A DNA stretch of 59,860 nucleotides from an uncultured Pseudomonadota bacterium (GTDB lineage: Bacteria; Pseudomonadota; Alphaproteobacteria; Rs-D84): positions 1 through 59,860 of the forward strand of contig CADAFS010000009.1 of NCBI GenBank assembly GCA_902787305.1. The letters run 5' to 3'. Both the position numbers and the translations under genes were made by a program. Positions within the stretch are counted from its first letter, which is position 1. Each line of letters begins with the position of its first letter. The notes beneath the pieces are model-generated. The model did no database searches. It had not been told where the DNA came from and saw only the letters and a list, made by a program, of their open reading frames with translations. Shown here piece by piece: positions 39,526 to 48,545 of this stretch.

Positions 39526-40364
39526 GATTCGGTTTTTAATATCTTTAATGTTGTTCGTTTCGTTACCATTATCGCAAACAGCACGATTATAAATGGAACC
39601 AGCAAAAGTGCAACCCATCCGGCCCCGGATATTTCCAGCATCGCCATCAACCCAACGCGGGCGGACCGCGCAAGCCCCAATGTCATAAGTAATATCGGGC
39701 ATGCAATTGCAAAACCAATGATGCATGCGATGGTGCAAATTCGTGCGACAATTATTTGCATTTGCCGTGTTATAAACCTATCACTGGCGCCGACCTGGTT
39801 CAAAATTTCAAGTTCGCGTCGATGTAAAATTGCCGTGTTGCGTGCGATAAATGAAACACATGTGCCGATTGTCACAATGATAAGCCCAAGCAGTAATGCA
39901 AGTATCGTCACCATTTTCCATCCCGCGGATATTGACGGCCGTAATGCATCATAATGTGGAATAAAACGCGCATTTGTACCGATTAAAGCGCCGATTGTGT
40001 TCATATCGGATTTTGATTTAAATTTAACCTCGAACATTACCGGCAGATATTTTTTTAGAACGCCATTACCGCCACCAAGCCATGGTTTCATTAGGTTTGA
40101 CATTTCGGCATCGTCAATTTGGCGCATACTATCAATTTTATCCTGGTTCGATTCAAAAATTTTCTTGATTGTGTCGGTTTTTTCGGAATTTGTAATTTGC
40201 ACCGTGGCATGGACATCCCATTGGCGATTCCAATTTACAATCCCCGTGCCAATCGCCAGTGCCAAACCCAATGACAACACCGCCAAAAAAGTCATAATGC
40301 CCATAATTGCCGTCATAAATACGGACTGGTCGTGAAACAGTGAAAACACAATCGGTTTTTTCAT
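39522..40364 (-). CDS. ftsX: Cell division permease FtsX
   Basis: Four TM helices, HRRELEILNQVGASDRFI; downstream of ftsE. Confidence 0.85.
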   Translation of the reverse strand: MKKPIVFSLFHDQSVFMTAIMGIMTFLAVLSLGLALAIGTGIVNWNRQWDVHATVQITNSEKTDTIKKIFESNQDKIDSMRQIDDAEMSNLMKPWLGGGNGVLKKYLPVMFEVKFKSKSDMNTIGALIGTNARFIPHYDALRPSISAGWKMVTILALLLGLIIVTIGTCVSFIARNTAILHRRELEILNQVGASDRFITRQMQIIVARICTIACIIGFAIACPILLMTLGLARSARVGLMAMLEISGAGWVALLLVPFIIVLFAIMVTKRTTLKILKTES

Positions 40365-40366
40365 CT

Positions 40367-41146
40367 TTATTTATTTCCAATATCGTTAAATTGTTTTGAT
40401 AATTCCGTAAAATACTTTGTGTCGTGGATTTCAGGCGCAACCCTTTTCGCCCCGGTATGCGCGCGCGCCGGCCCCGTGAATGCCAGTTTATGATTTTCAA
40501 CATGCATAACCGGGAATTTATATGTTTCCATCAGTTTTGAATTATGTGTGGCAAGAATAATTGTCGTTCCAAACATTTTATTCATCTGAATAAACAGTTC
40601 CATCAAACGTGACGCGTTTTCATCGTCCAAATTTCCGGTTGGTTCGTCCGCAAGCATAATTGATGGCTGAACAATAATTGCACGTGCCACAGAAACGCGT
40701 TGTTGTTGGCCGCCACTTAAACTCTTGGGATTCGCATTTGCGTATTTGGCAAGTCCGACCCATTCCAATGTTTTTGTGACGAGTTTTTTTATCTTTACTT
40801 CATCCACACCACGCACACGCAGGGGCAATGCGACATTATCAAACACCGATATGTGCGAAAGCAAAGAATATTCTTGGAACACAATCGCCATTTTGTGGCG
40901 CATTTCGGTTATTTCGTCGCGCGACATAGAATCGGTCGGAACACCAAAAATCTTTATCGTTCCGCGACAAGGTTTGTGCAGATGATATATCAATCGCAAC
41001 AGTGTCGTTTTGCCCGCGCCCGATGCCCCCGACAGGAAATAAAACGAACCCGCACCGATGTTAAAAGACACATCAGTCAATATATCCGGATCGTTGTCAT
41101 AACGTGCACCAACGCCGATAAAAGAAATCACGGTATTATCTTCCAT
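40367..41146 (-). CDS. ftsE: Cell division ATP-binding protein FtsE
   Basis: GASGAGKTT, LSGGQQQRV, LADEPTGNLD, ATH. Confidence 0.9.
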   Translation of the reverse strand: MEDNTVISFIGVGARYDNDPDILTDVSFNIGAGSFYFLSGASGAGKTTLLRLIYHLHKPCRGTIKIFGVPTDSMSRDEITEMRHKMAIVFQEYSLLSHISVFDNVALPLRVRGVDEVKIKKLVTKTLEWVGLAKYANANPKSLSGGQQQRVSVARAIIVQPSIMLADEPTGNLDDENASRLMELFIQMNKMFGTTIILATHNSKLMETYKFPVMHVENHKLAFTGPARAHTGAKRVAPEIHDTKYFTELSKQFNDIGNK

Positions 41147-41274
41147 AACGTGTATACTAGTAAAAAAAGTTTTTGCGGTCAAGGGCGTTAGAAAGCGAAC
41201 GAAAAATTTTTGTCTTTTATAAAAAATTCAAATGTGTTATAGTTTTAAGGAAAGGAAGCATTTAGGAGATTTTT

Positions 41275-42234
41275 ATGAAGCGTTTTTTGGGCGGATTTGT
41301 GGCGTTTTGTACCGTTTTGGGTTGTAATCGGGCTTATGCGGCGGGTGGCACCCCCAGGGTTGTTTCTAGTGCTATGCCAATTGGTGGTGTAATCACTAGT
41401 GTAAACCCCAGAACGCGCTATGTTGGTAGTACGCCGGTTGTGACACGCAGTTATGGCCAGCGTACTTATGTCCCGCAACAGAATGTCAATAGGCAACCAA
41501 CAAGTTATCAACGAACAAATTATGTGACACAGCCAAATATCCGAACAATGACGTATCAGCAATCACGCCTGGTTGGTGATAATTCCGGAACTTCAGGGGC
41601 GTATGTGTATAACAAAACCAAAATCGGTTATGTCGGAATGAGTTTAGATGTGAACCTATTGAATTGGACCAACAAGTACAAGGCCACCCCAGACGAAGCG
41701 GTTTATAATGCGGCATTTGATCATGATGATTATCGTTTTAAAATGCTAATAGGTGGACATATTGTTGCGGGTTATCGCTTTAACCCGGGTTGGCGCATGG
41801 ATATAGAGGGCGGATTTACATCGGAATTCGAAGATTCTGATAATGGTATAAGTTTTAAGTTATCGGTGCCATACGCGACGGCGAACGTGTATCACGATTT
41901 TAAAAATGGACTTTATCTTGGAATCGGTGGCGGTGTCGCATTTCCGACGATTTCAATGGAATGGGTGCAATTTACGGCTAATAATTCAAGCAAGACTGCG
42001 ACATCACCCATGGGTGCGGCGATGCTTGGGTACACATACTATTTATCAGAAAATTTGATTTTGGATGTGCGTTATCGTTTTGCCGGGTTCAAGGGACCAA
42101 AACTTAAACGTGGGGTACAAGATTGGCCCCCAGAGGGCACAGTAGTGGAAACGGCACCATTGGAGTCATTGGAAACCAGTATTGGTTTTATGATGGATAA
42201 TTCGATTTCAATCGGACTTAAATACGAATTTTAG
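41275..42234 (+). CDS. Opacity/Msp4-like outer-membrane beta-barrel
   Basis: Signal peptide, ANVYHDF, YLGIGGG, LDVRYRF, terminal GLKYEF. Confidence 0.75.
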   Translation: MKRFLGGFVAFCTVLGCNRAYAAGGTPRVVSSAMPIGGVITSVNPRTRYVGSTPVVTRSYGQRTYVPQQNVNRQPTSYQRTNYVTQPNIRTMTYQQSRLVGDNSGTSGAYVYNKTKIGYVGMSLDVNLLNWTNKYKATPDEAVYNAAFDHDDYRFKMLIGGHIVAGYRFNPGWRMDIEGGFTSEFEDSDNGISFKLSVPYATANVYHDFKNGLYLGIGGGVAFPTISMEWVQFTANNSSKTATSPMGAAMLGYTYYLSENLILDVRYRFAGFKGPKLKRGVQDWPPEGTVVETAPLESLETSIGFMMDNSISIGLKYEF

Positions 42235-42293
42235 TTGACGAAAATTTGAAACAAAATTCCCGCGATTTTTTCGCGGGTATTTTTTCCTAAAAA

Positions 42294-42379
42294 CGATTCG
42301 TTTTCCGCAGAAAACCGATTCGTTTTTAGGAAAAAAAGCGAATCGGTTTGTTTGACAAAAAAATATAAAAATCGATTCG
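42294..42379. promoter_or_regulatory. Array of four CGATTCG (GANTC) sites
   Basis: Sites at 42294, 42316, 42339 (inverted) and 42373. Confidence 0.65.
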
Positions 42380-42482
42380 GTTTATCACGTGAACACGGCG
42401 GAAACCGTGGCATAGAAAAAATTTAGTGGACAAATTTTGTGAACAGCCAAACCGGTGATATAATATGGTTAGAGGAAGAGAG

Positions 42483-44162
42483 ATGAAGTTCACATTTCAT
42501 ACATCTTTGATTGCGTTGATTTTTGCAGTTGGTGCATCGGATACATTTGCGGCACCGGCGGTGCGTCAATTGGGTGGTGGTTTTACCGGTCTGGGGTCTG
42601 GGAACACATCTACGGGTATGGCTGTGAATACATCTGGGGGAACGTCTGGGAATATGCCAGGGGGGAATATAAATACAAAGCCGGCGGGTATAACAGCGTC
42701 GCGTGCGGGTTCAATACGTTCAATGCCCCGTCCGACGGCCACGTCAAATGGTTCTGCGCCGGTTGCAACGGTTTCATCAGGAACGGCCGATACAAATCGT
42801 TCGGCATCCACGCAACAGCGTTTATCAATTGGCAGTTATATCGGTGCCCCGCGTCAGATTAGTAGTGGTGGCGGTGGTGATACCACAGAAATTACCAATG
42901 ATATAAAAAATATCAATAACGAGATTCAAAACATCACGAACATAGTTGAAGGTTTGGAAACAGATATTTCCGGTAAGGTTGATAAAGAACAAGGTATCAA
43001 TGAGGCCGGCAAGGCATTGGTTGTTGGGTCTGATGGTTTTGTGACTACGTCTGAATTTGTGACGCCGGGCGAATTGGATGTGGATTTGTCGGGCAAGGTT
43101 GATAAAAATCAGGGTATAGGCGAAGCCGGCAAAGCGTTGATTGTCAATGCCGACGGTATTGTGACGACCGGCGATGTTTTGAAACCGGGCGATGTCGATT
43201 TATCTGGCAAGGTTGATGTGCTTCAGGGTCGTCAATATAAAGGCAAGGCATTGGTCGTAGATAATGATGGCAAGGTAAGACCGATTGGTGAATTTATGAC
43301 CCCGGGCGAAGTTGATATTTCCGGCAAGGTTGATAAATTCCAAGGCCCGGAACATGCCGGCAGTGCATTAATTGTTGACCAATATGGAAATGTGCAACCG
43401 ACCGGTGATTTTGTTGAAGCCGACCAAGGTGTGGAACATCATGGCAAGGCATTGGTTATTAATGATGAAGGCAAGGTTGTTCCAAGTACGGTCGATATTG
43501 GCCAGGTAAGTGTTGACCTTAGTGGCAAAGTTGATAAGAACCAAGGTGTTGATGCCGCTGGTCATGTTTTGTCTGTGAATAGTGAAGGCAAGGTCACCAA
43601 TGAAAACGCAGTTTATTTCAAGCCTGAAATGGATACAAAACTGTCGCAAAAATTGAACAATACCGCAGACCCAGAATTGTATTCTGGCCGTGCAATGGTT
43701 GTGAATTCGGATGGTGACATTGTTCCGACGGGTGATTTTGTTGAAACCGACCAAGGTGTGGAACATCATGGCAAAGCATTGGTTATTAATGATGAAGGTA
43801 AGGTTGTTCCAAGTACGGTTGATATTGGCCAGGTAAGTGTTGACCTTAGTGGCAAAGTTGATAAATTGCAAGGCGATGAACATGTAAACGAAGTTTTGGT
43901 CGTTGGTTCGGATGGCAAGGTCACCGATCAAAAGATTGTAAATGCCAATGTTTCAGACGATGCGGCGTTGGAACGTAAAAAGATGGCCGCGGACATAACA
44001 GATACGCTTGATTGGGTTGATGCGTGGAAGAACCAGGCGGGAGGCGATCCAACATCTGAAGATCCGACAAATCCATACAAACTGAATTTAGGTACGCGGT
44101 ATGTTATGGCATTGGATGAATTCGGTCAAAAGGCATGGTTCCGTGTCGTCGTAGACGAATAA
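42483..44162 (+). CDS. Secreted repeat protein (SGKVDKxQG...GKALVV repeats; tail-fibre-like)
   Basis: Signal peptide, coiled coil, about nine ~30-38-aa repeats; DNA repeat 43398-43537 / 43725-43864. Confidence 0.75.
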   Translation: MKFTFHTSLIALIFAVGASDTFAAPAVRQLGGGFTGLGSGNTSTGMAVNTSGGTSGNMPGGNINTKPAGITASRAGSIRSMPRPTATSNGSAPVATVSSGTADTNRSASTQQRLSIGSYIGAPRQISSGGGGDTTEITNDIKNINNEIQNITNIVEGLETDISGKVDKEQGINEAGKALVVGSDGFVTTSEFVTPGELDVDLSGKVDKNQGIGEAGKALIVNADGIVTTGDVLKPGDVDLSGKVDVLQGRQYKGKALVVDNDGKVRPIGEFMTPGEVDISGKVDKFQGPEHAGSALIVDQYGNVQPTGDFVEADQGVEHHGKALVINDEGKVVPSTVDIGQVSVDLSGKVDKNQGVDAAGHVLSVNSEGKVTNENAVYFKPEMDTKLSQKLNNTADPELYSGRAMVVNSDGDIVPTGDFVETDQGVEHHGKALVINDEGKVVPSTVDIGQVSVDLSGKVDKLQGDEHVNEVLVVGSDGKVTDQKIVNANVSDDAALERKKMAADITDTLDWVDAWKNQAGGDPTSEDPTNPYKLNLGTRYVMALDEFGQKAWFRVVVDE

Positions 44163-44587
44163 AGAGAGTTTCGAACAACAATGAACAAACAAAAAAAGGA
44201 TAAAAAAAGTAAGAGAATAGAGGGGAAATCAAAAATTTAAATTTGTCGGATGGGACCATCACCTTTCCCCGGGCCCCGAAAAATGCGCAGCATTTTTTGG
44301 GTGGTTCACTGGAAAGGGATCCGGCGGGATCGCCGGGGGGTATGGGTTTATCCTATGACATTGGCATACCTGTTTGGTGTGGTGGTGGGTTTTACGATTT
44401 TGTTTGACCCTTACCCCGTCGCCATTCGGCGCCACCCCTTCCCGCCGGGAAGGGGAGAATGAGAGCTTTGGTAGTAAAAAGGGACACAATAAACCTTTGA
44501 ATACCACAGAAAGCGCATTAAACCGCCGTGTTCAATTGACACCCGGGGTGGTGCAAAACAACAACAAACAAAAAAAAGGGAAAAACA

Positions 44588-45985
44588 ATGAAAGTAAAAA
44601 TCAGAGGATTAGTATTTGCAGGCTTTGCCGCGGCGGTGTTCGCGCAAAGTGCGATGGCTGTCGTTCCGCCATCCTTGATGACGTCGGAAGATTTGCCACA
44701 AGGGTATACAACAGTTGATGACTATACAGCGGATGTGAAAAAGACGGTTACGTCGAAAAAGTACACCAATGAAACATTCCAAGAAAGATTGCAGGGTAAT
44801 GCGACCAACTCTCCCGATACAGCTCTTGAAGAAGGTGGTGATGGAAGTGTTACGGAAAAAGCGGCGTTCATCGGATGGAATTATGGTCAAGGTGGTGAAA
44901 ACAAAGAATGGGTGAAACTTACTGGTGCGGTACAGGCTGGTGACAATACATACGTTGAAATCGTGCACGATACTAAAAGTGCAACAAAAACGCACAATGT
45001 TCGATTGAATCCGGCTGCAATCACTGGGACGGCTAATGATATTTTGAGTGCCGATTCAGATGCTACGAATACTGTTAGAAAGAAATTGACAACCGCTGAG
45101 GCTGTATATGGGGTGCTTGATCGTGAAACGGACGGTACCAATGGTTTGGGAACAACCACCATCAGTGCAGACTCAACAGATAACAAGGTTCCAACATCGA
45201 AAAACGTGTATGACTTTGTGAATGGAAAACTTGACGGAATGGGTGCAAATATGAAGGGTAATGTGACATATCATACGCAAAAGGTTGCGGTAATGAAAGA
45301 CTCTTGGGTTCAGATTCACCCTTCGGATGCACCGTATGTTGTGACCCCGACGGGAGACCAGTTGAATAATATCGACCATTGGGAACTGATTGTCCCGAAT
45401 GCCAGGGTTGCGAGTTCGGCACAAAACATTATTGATGGTGGAACATCTGGTGATACGGATGTGCAAACCAATTTGACCACCGCCAAGGCCGTGTATGATT
45501 ATGCACAACCAGGTGCGACGTCTGCAGCCGGGGCACAGGTTGGTGTTAAAAGTGGGAATACTTCGACATGGTATACATTGGCCGCCGGTCAAGATGGAAG
45601 AAACATAGGTACCAATACCCAAGATACACCGTATGCCCAGATTACTCGCGATAATGGTGAGGGTACCAATACGGCCGGTGTTTATGTCGACTTGAATCAT
45701 AGTCGGGTAATGTTGGCTTCAGATTATACTGGTAGTGATTTCCAAAAAGGTATCGCCAATGTTACTGACAATATCGCGGGTGCTGGGTTGGCATTGGCAA
45801 CCGCGGGTGCCGTCAAAGAGTATGTTGATAGCATAACCAATGGTAATAATTTACCGGAAATGCCGGGAAAATGTAAGGTTGATGGTGTTCATTGTGCTTT
45901 GGTTACGGTTCCTCATGCGGCCGATGCCACGCATGACGAAGCATATGCTACCTTGGAATGGACCGTCATGGCACAGGCACAGTAA
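44588..45985 (+). CDS. Secreted fibre/adhesin-like protein (family member 3)
   Basis: Near-identical signal peptide to 37970; KTVTSK, VPTSKNVYDFV, LATAGAVKEYV, LPEMP.KC..CALV..LEWTVMAQ. Confidence 0.75.
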   Translation: MKVKIRGLVFAGFAAAVFAQSAMAVVPPSLMTSEDLPQGYTTVDDYTADVKKTVTSKKYTNETFQERLQGNATNSPDTALEEGGDGSVTEKAAFIGWNYGQGGENKEWVKLTGAVQAGDNTYVEIVHDTKSATKTHNVRLNPAAITGTANDILSADSDATNTVRKKLTTAEAVYGVLDRETDGTNGLGTTTISADSTDNKVPTSKNVYDFVNGKLDGMGANMKGNVTYHTQKVAVMKDSWVQIHPSDAPYVVTPTGDQLNNIDHWELIVPNARVASSAQNIIDGGTSGDTDVQTNLTTAKAVYDYAQPGATSAAGAQVGVKSGNTSTWYTLAAGQDGRNIGTNTQDTPYAQITRDNGEGTNTAGVYVDLNHSRVMLASDYTGSDFQKGIANVTDNIAGAGLALATAGAVKEYVDSITNGNNLPEMPGKCKVDGVHCALVTVPHAADATHDEAYATLEWTVMAQAQ

Positions 45986-46152
45986 GTTAGTTTAACAAGA
46001 GTGGTATTAAATAGAACCATAGGAGTGTGAATAGAAAAAGAAAAATGTTGTTTTAAGTTGTGTCCTTATGTGATGGTGGGCTTCCTCTCCCACCATCATG
46101 TTTTTTATAGTGTTAGTGTGGGCGCGGTGCGCCCAATTTCTTGCTTATTCTT

Positions 46153-46303
46153 GTCATTGCGGCGAAGGCCGGGATCTTTGTGGTTGTTGTCGAAGTTCAA
46201 CGGGATACCATGTTTCGCTCGGCATAAATGCCTGCACGCAAATTTGTAGTTGTTCGAACTTCGCTTATGCTCGTTCTCACATACAAATTTTCCGCGGTAT
46301 GAC
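46153..46303. repeat. GTCAT-type REP doublet with nested insertion
   Basis: gtcattgcggcgaaggccgggatc ... ccgcggtatgac. Confidence 0.6.
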
Positions 46304-46387
46304 GGGGAAAGGGGGAAGTATTCCCATGTGCTTGAAAATTCATTTCTGATAATTATATATGTGGCAACGATATAAAAGGAGTCATAA

Positions 46388-48445
46388 ATGGATCCACAAG
46401 ATATGCAAGAAACCCCAGAACAGGCGATTGCAAAATATACGACGGACTTTACAAAACTGGCCGCCGATGGGAAATTGGACCCGGTGATCGGGCGCGATGA
46501 AGAAATTCGCCGCACTATTCAGGTTTTGTCACGGCGCACGAAAAATAACCCGGTTTTAATCGGAAATCCCGGCGTTGGTAAAACCGCGATTGTCGAAGGT
46601 TTGGCGGAACGCATTATTTCCCGCGATATTCCGGAAAATTTGCAGAATAAAAAACTGTTGTCGTTGGATATGGGGGCACTCATGGCGGGTGCGATGTTCC
46701 GCGGTCAATTCGAAGCCCGGTTCAAGGCGATTCTAAAAGCCGTCAAAGACGCGGACGGTGGAATCATTTTGTTTATCGATGAATTGCATACACTGGTCGG
46801 CGCGGGCAAGGGCGAAGGCAGTATGGATGCCGGAAACCTTATTAAACCGATGCTGGCGCGTGGGGAATTGCACTGTTTGGGGGCGACGACACTGGACGAA
46901 TACCGGCAATATATTGAAAAAGACCCGGCACTGGCGCGGCGTTTTCAGCCCGTTTATATCGATGAACCGACCGTTGATGATACGATTTCAATTCTGCGCG
47001 GACTTAAAGAAAAATACGAAGGCCACCATGGGGTGCGTATCGCCGACAGCGCGCTTGTCGCGGCGGTGCGGTTGTCGAATCGGTATATTACCGACCGGTT
47101 CTTGCCGGACAAGGCAATTGACCTTATTGACGAAGCGGCGGCGCGCGTGCGTATAGAGGTTGCGTCAAAACCCGAAGATTTGGACGAGGTTGATCGGCAC
47201 CTGATGCAACTTAAAATCGAACAACAGGCATTGAAAAAAGAAAAAGACGAGGAATCGAAAAAGCGACTTGCCGATTTGGAAAAAATTATTGCGGAAACAG
47301 AAAAGAAATCCGCGGATATGACCGCAAAGTGGCGCGCCGAACAGGAAAAAATGCGCGGGCTTTCGGACGCGATGGCGGCACTGGATGCGGCCAAGGCAGA
47401 GGTTGCATCCGCAATGCGAAATGGCGACTATGAAAAGGCGTCCGCGTTGCAATATGGAAAAATTCCGGAATTGGAAGAAAAAATCAAAAAGATGAACACC
47501 GAATCGCGCGAATATAAAACGGTCTTGCCGGAACATATCGCCGCGGTGGTCAGCAAGTGGACCGGTGTGCCGGCGGAACGGCTTTCGGTTGCGGAACAAT
47601 CAAAATTGTTAAATATCGAAGACGAATTGCGCAAACGTGTTGTGGGCCAGGATGAAGCGTTATCCGTTGTGTCGCGTGCGATTCGTCGTTCGCGTGCGGG
47701 TTTGTCGGACCCGCGCCGGCCGTCGGGCAGTTTTATGTTCCTGGGGCCCACCGGCGTTGGAAAAACCGAGGTTGCCAAGGCATTGGCGGAATACCTGTTT
47801 AATGATGATACGGCGATGACACGAATCGATATGAGTGAATATATGGAACCGCATTCGGTCGCGCGCCTTATTGGTGCGCCCCCGGGGTATGTTGGTTATG
47901 ACCAAGGTGGGGTTTTGACCGAATCGGTGCGCCGCCGCCCGTACCAAGTTTTGCTGTTCGATGAAATCGAAAAGGCAAATCCGGACGTGTTTAATGTGTT
48001 CTTGCAAATACTGGACGATGGGCGACTTACCGACGGCCAGGGGCATGTTGTGAACTTTACGAACACGATAATTATCATGACCAGTAATTTACCCGATATG
48101 AACGCCGTGCGGAAACAGTTTCGGCCAGAATTCATCAACCGAATCGATGAAATCATATTCTTTAACCAATTGGGCAAAGATGTGATGGCGGACATTGTGA
48201 AAATTCAACTGCGGGGCCTAAGGTCGCGTTTGGCGGCGCGGCGCATCGATTTGGATGTGTCGGACAGTGCGATAAAGTGGCTGGGCGAACATGGGTATGA
48301 CCCGGTGTTCGGGGCGCGACCGCTGAAACGCCTTATTACGTCCATGGTTGAAGATAAAATCGCAGATTTGATTTTGTCCGACGCCGTCACCGAAGGCAAC
48401 ACCGTGCATGTCACAACCCATGGCAAAGATTTGGTCGTGAAATAA
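46388..48445 (+). CDS. clpB: Chaperone ClpB lacking the N-terminal domain
   Basis: [22 protein letters not shown]-domain coiled coil, [15 protein letters not shown]; AAGGAG RBS. Confidence 0.93.
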   Translation: MDPQDMQETPEQAIAKYTTDFTKLAADGKLDPVIGRDEEIRRTIQVLSRRTKNNPVLIGNPGVGKTAIVEGLAERIISRDIPENLQNKKLLSLDMGALMAGAMFRGQFEARFKAILKAVKDADGGIILFIDELHTLVGAGKGEGSMDAGNLIKPMLARGELHCLGATTLDEYRQYIEKDPALARRFQPVYIDEPTVDDTISILRGLKEKYEGHHGVRIADSALVAAVRLSNRYITDRFLPDKAIDLIDEAAARVRIEVASKPEDLDEVDRHLMQLKIEQQALKKEKDEESKKRLADLEKIIAETEKKSADMTAKWRAEQEKMRGLSDAMAALDAAKAEVASAMRNGDYEKASALQYGKIPELEEKIKKMNTESREYKTVLPEHIAAVVSKWTGVPAERLSVAEQSKLLNIEDELRKRVVGQDEALSVVSRAIRRSRAGLSDPRRPSGSFMFLGPTGVGKTEVAKALAEYLFNDDTAMTRIDMSEYMEPHSVARLIGAPPGYVGYDQGGVLTESVRRRPYQVLLFDEIEKANPDVFNVFLQILDDGRLTDGQGHVVNFTNTIIIMTSNLPDMNAVRKQFRPEFINRIDEIIFFNQLGKDVMADIVKIQLRGLRSRLAARRIDLDVSDSAIKWLGEHGYDPVFGARPLKRLITSMVEDKIADLILSDAVTEGNTVHVTTHGKDLVVK

Positions 48446-48545
48446 AATAAAGGGGCGCAAAAGCGCCCTTTCTTTTTGGTGTGCCTATCTTGATTTTGCA
48501 TTTTTTATAATCTATGATTTTATTCAGTAAATATAGAGGTAAAAA

